This document shows, in pieces, positions 61,606 to 64,000 of a stretch of DNA of 64,000 nucleotides. How positions within the stretch are numbered: position 1 is the first letter of the stretch; each line of letters opens with the position of its first letter. The notes below the pieces were generated by a model. That model was not told the DNA's origin and ran no database searches. It saw nothing but the letters and a program-made list of their open reading frames with translations. The stretch is taken from the NCBI RefSeq assembly GCF_964204645.1, contig NC_134028.1, positions 14,453,653-14,517,652 of the forward strand, written 5' to 3'. This DNA comes from Tubulanus polymorphus (lineage: Eukaryota > Animalia > Nemertea). A program made the position numbers and the translations under genes.

Positions 61606-64000
61606 TAACATATTTTCCACTAAATTTTGTCACATAAAAATCATCTTCTATCAGATTCGACTACTAACAGCTTTTAAACGAAATGTTAAACTCTGATCGT
61701 AATATGATAGTCTCTTGCTCCGCGTAGATTCTATGGATGTACTGTGCATCCTATTTTAAACTTAAAATTACTTAAAGCTAGTACCGGTGGAAATAGCAAT
61801 CGTCGATCATGACACGCATACTGGCGCGAATCTGAAAGTTCGTGACGTCATTTCATAAATAAATAATAAAGGAGGGCTCCGAGAATATCCAAATCACAGG
61901 TTACTGTGAATAACTGGGGTTCGACCATTCACAATTTAGAAATGTACTTCCTTGTTTGTGAAGTAAGTTTATTCATACTGTTATTAAAAGCAGTATCTTT
62001 AAACAACCTATAATAGTATAGTTTTGTTCGTGGATATCAATACTTCGAAAAATCAACAGCGGTTTATTTATTTACTGTACCAGTACGCGTTTTCTTAATT
62101 GAATTGAATTGGTCCGGTCCAAAAGGCGAGTCATACTAGTTGCCGTCAGAAAATGTCAGCATCGGTGATACCTTGTTATCGTCGATATTAAACGGTCTAA
62201 AGTCAGTTTATACATCACCTACATTACAAATTGGAGGTCCCTTGTACATGTACGTCACACATCGTGACGCAGCGGCGATGTAATGTCATAGGAGAACAAA
62301 GTCAGTTGAAAATACCTACCCACTGCACCGATAAAGAATGATTGCTAGCCAGAAACCAGTTACAGTCTGGTGAGTGACATGGAGAGTGATGGTACCGTTC
62401 GTGATTACGTTTTTATAATGGTTATTGGACGTCAATTTCTTATGTGAATTGTTGTCCCCATCTGATCGCTTGACTTGTCAGACTGACTTGTCACTCCTCT
62501 ACTAATAGTAACACCATAAGGCCTTCCCTCCTGCATAGTGATACGCCGATCACAATCCTCTCCTTAGTCGTTAATTAATAAAAGCAATAATCGGTCCCTG
62601 GCGAGAGAACGTGTCCGCGTACAAACCCAAGTAAAACTAGAATACCGGAAATTTTGAATGGATATAACAATACAAGATGAATTTATTTACCTTGATATTC
62701 AACACAGTTCTCCAGTTCTACACAATCCAAATCCTAGCTCTAAATTCCTATTGCACTCTCCTGTTCGTAACCCGTCCTGAATCAAGTCCCAGACCAGCTT
62801 TTAACAAGTATCTACGAGTGTCTCCCGAGTGACTGCTCTCTCAAGATGCGGATCCCTTTTATAGAAAGAATCGGCATTCTTAAAATACCGACTCTCCCAC
62901 TCGACTTTTGGCAAGGAGCAGCAACCTTACTGTCATGACTGTTTTGGTCATATAGAATTTGGCCTTAAATGATTCGCTGATCTAAAATTATTTGAGAAAC
63001 TGATTTGCTAAACCAACTTTTTCCTTCCAACCCTCCTGTCATGACGCGGAATGATTTATTCACTCCTTGCTTATCATCGTTGAGAAAACAGCTACTCTCA
63101 GCGAGTTACCAACAGACGTATACAACAAGAGAAACTTTAGAGAGCTAGTATTATCATTTAACACAAATTAATTTTCTTAAAACTTTAGCGATTATAGAGA
63201 CTTTGTTCTCATTTAACATCTAGGATATTCAAATTAAATATATTTTTGAAACTATAGTATTTGTCTCAGATTACGGTACCACTGATTATTTCTTTTTGAA
63301 TTACTATAAATACTTTTGATTCGGAACTTCATTATGATCCCCCATCTCTCTTAAGATCATTCTATAACTGTTATACTAAATAAATTTGATTACAATGCGG
63401 GATAAAGCAAAACAACAATATCTCCCCGTACTTCCGTTTTTCTTTTTATAGAAAGTAGTCGGGAGTATCATGAAGTAACAGCGTGATTCTTTCACCAGCC
63501 GCATAATAAATGCAACCCATTGTTCCGACCAAATACGGTTCCGTCTATTCTTAAGTTTATAAAAAGATTTCTGAATGTTTGCCAGATAACGCAGCAGAAG
63601 AACCGAGAAAGAATTATTTTTACACCAGGCTGATTTATGGTCAGCGCTGATAGATCAAAGCATCAAACGACAACCTGCTTACTACATCTTACTACGTTTG
63701 TTGTCTGAAACCATTAATAACCACCAACGCATTCAGGAAATCAACATTACAAACATTTTTAGCTACTACGAAATCTTGCTGCGGATCAATAGTTTACCCT
63801 ATAGGCCAAATTTGTGCTTTGGGCCAAATTCGGGTTTCTTATCTAGTCAACTTTTTTTCGGAACTAATAATAACCGAATATGCGCTTAAACTGTCACTAG
63901 GGAATGGTAAAAACACCGTAGCTTCGTTCTTCTCGATGTTATTTCCCCCAAAACCTGGCACATAGTACTTTGCGCGTAGTAGCACATGAGCTAAGTAGCA

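Overview
Very AT-rich eukaryotic (probably invertebrate animal) genomic DNA dominated by a cluster of closely related, decayed Polinton/Maverick (adintovirus-like) endogenous viral elements. E1 (1-5801) is a partial copy running off the left edge. E2 (12472-45867) is bounded by the 6-bp target-site duplication (TSD) ATTGCT. E3 (21459-34812, TSD GATGTA) is nested inside E2 in the opposite orientation. E4 (46936-~52391) is a truncated left half, joined head-to-head to a further left-end fragment, E5 (~52392-54388). The family encodes protein-primed PolB (ZnF/vOTU-like/EndoVII-like domains), rve integrase with chromodomain, packaging ATPase, major and minor capsid proteins, an HNH nuclease and several small membrane proteins; no adenain protease is visible. 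The most unusual feature is that every intact terminus is itself a 266-405 bp AGT...ACT fold-back palindrome. Each carries an element-specific 10-nt segment that co-varies between arms, plus conserved strand-specific G-T and tandem G-A mismatches. Other points: most genes start with a poxvirus-late-like TAAATG, a spliced Pol II-type cassette changes position around the HNH gene, and a hairpin repeat array varies in copy number. The flanks are host DNA with MITEs, tandem repeats, probable exons and an RPA70-like pseudogene. Family names come from motif recognition, not database searches.
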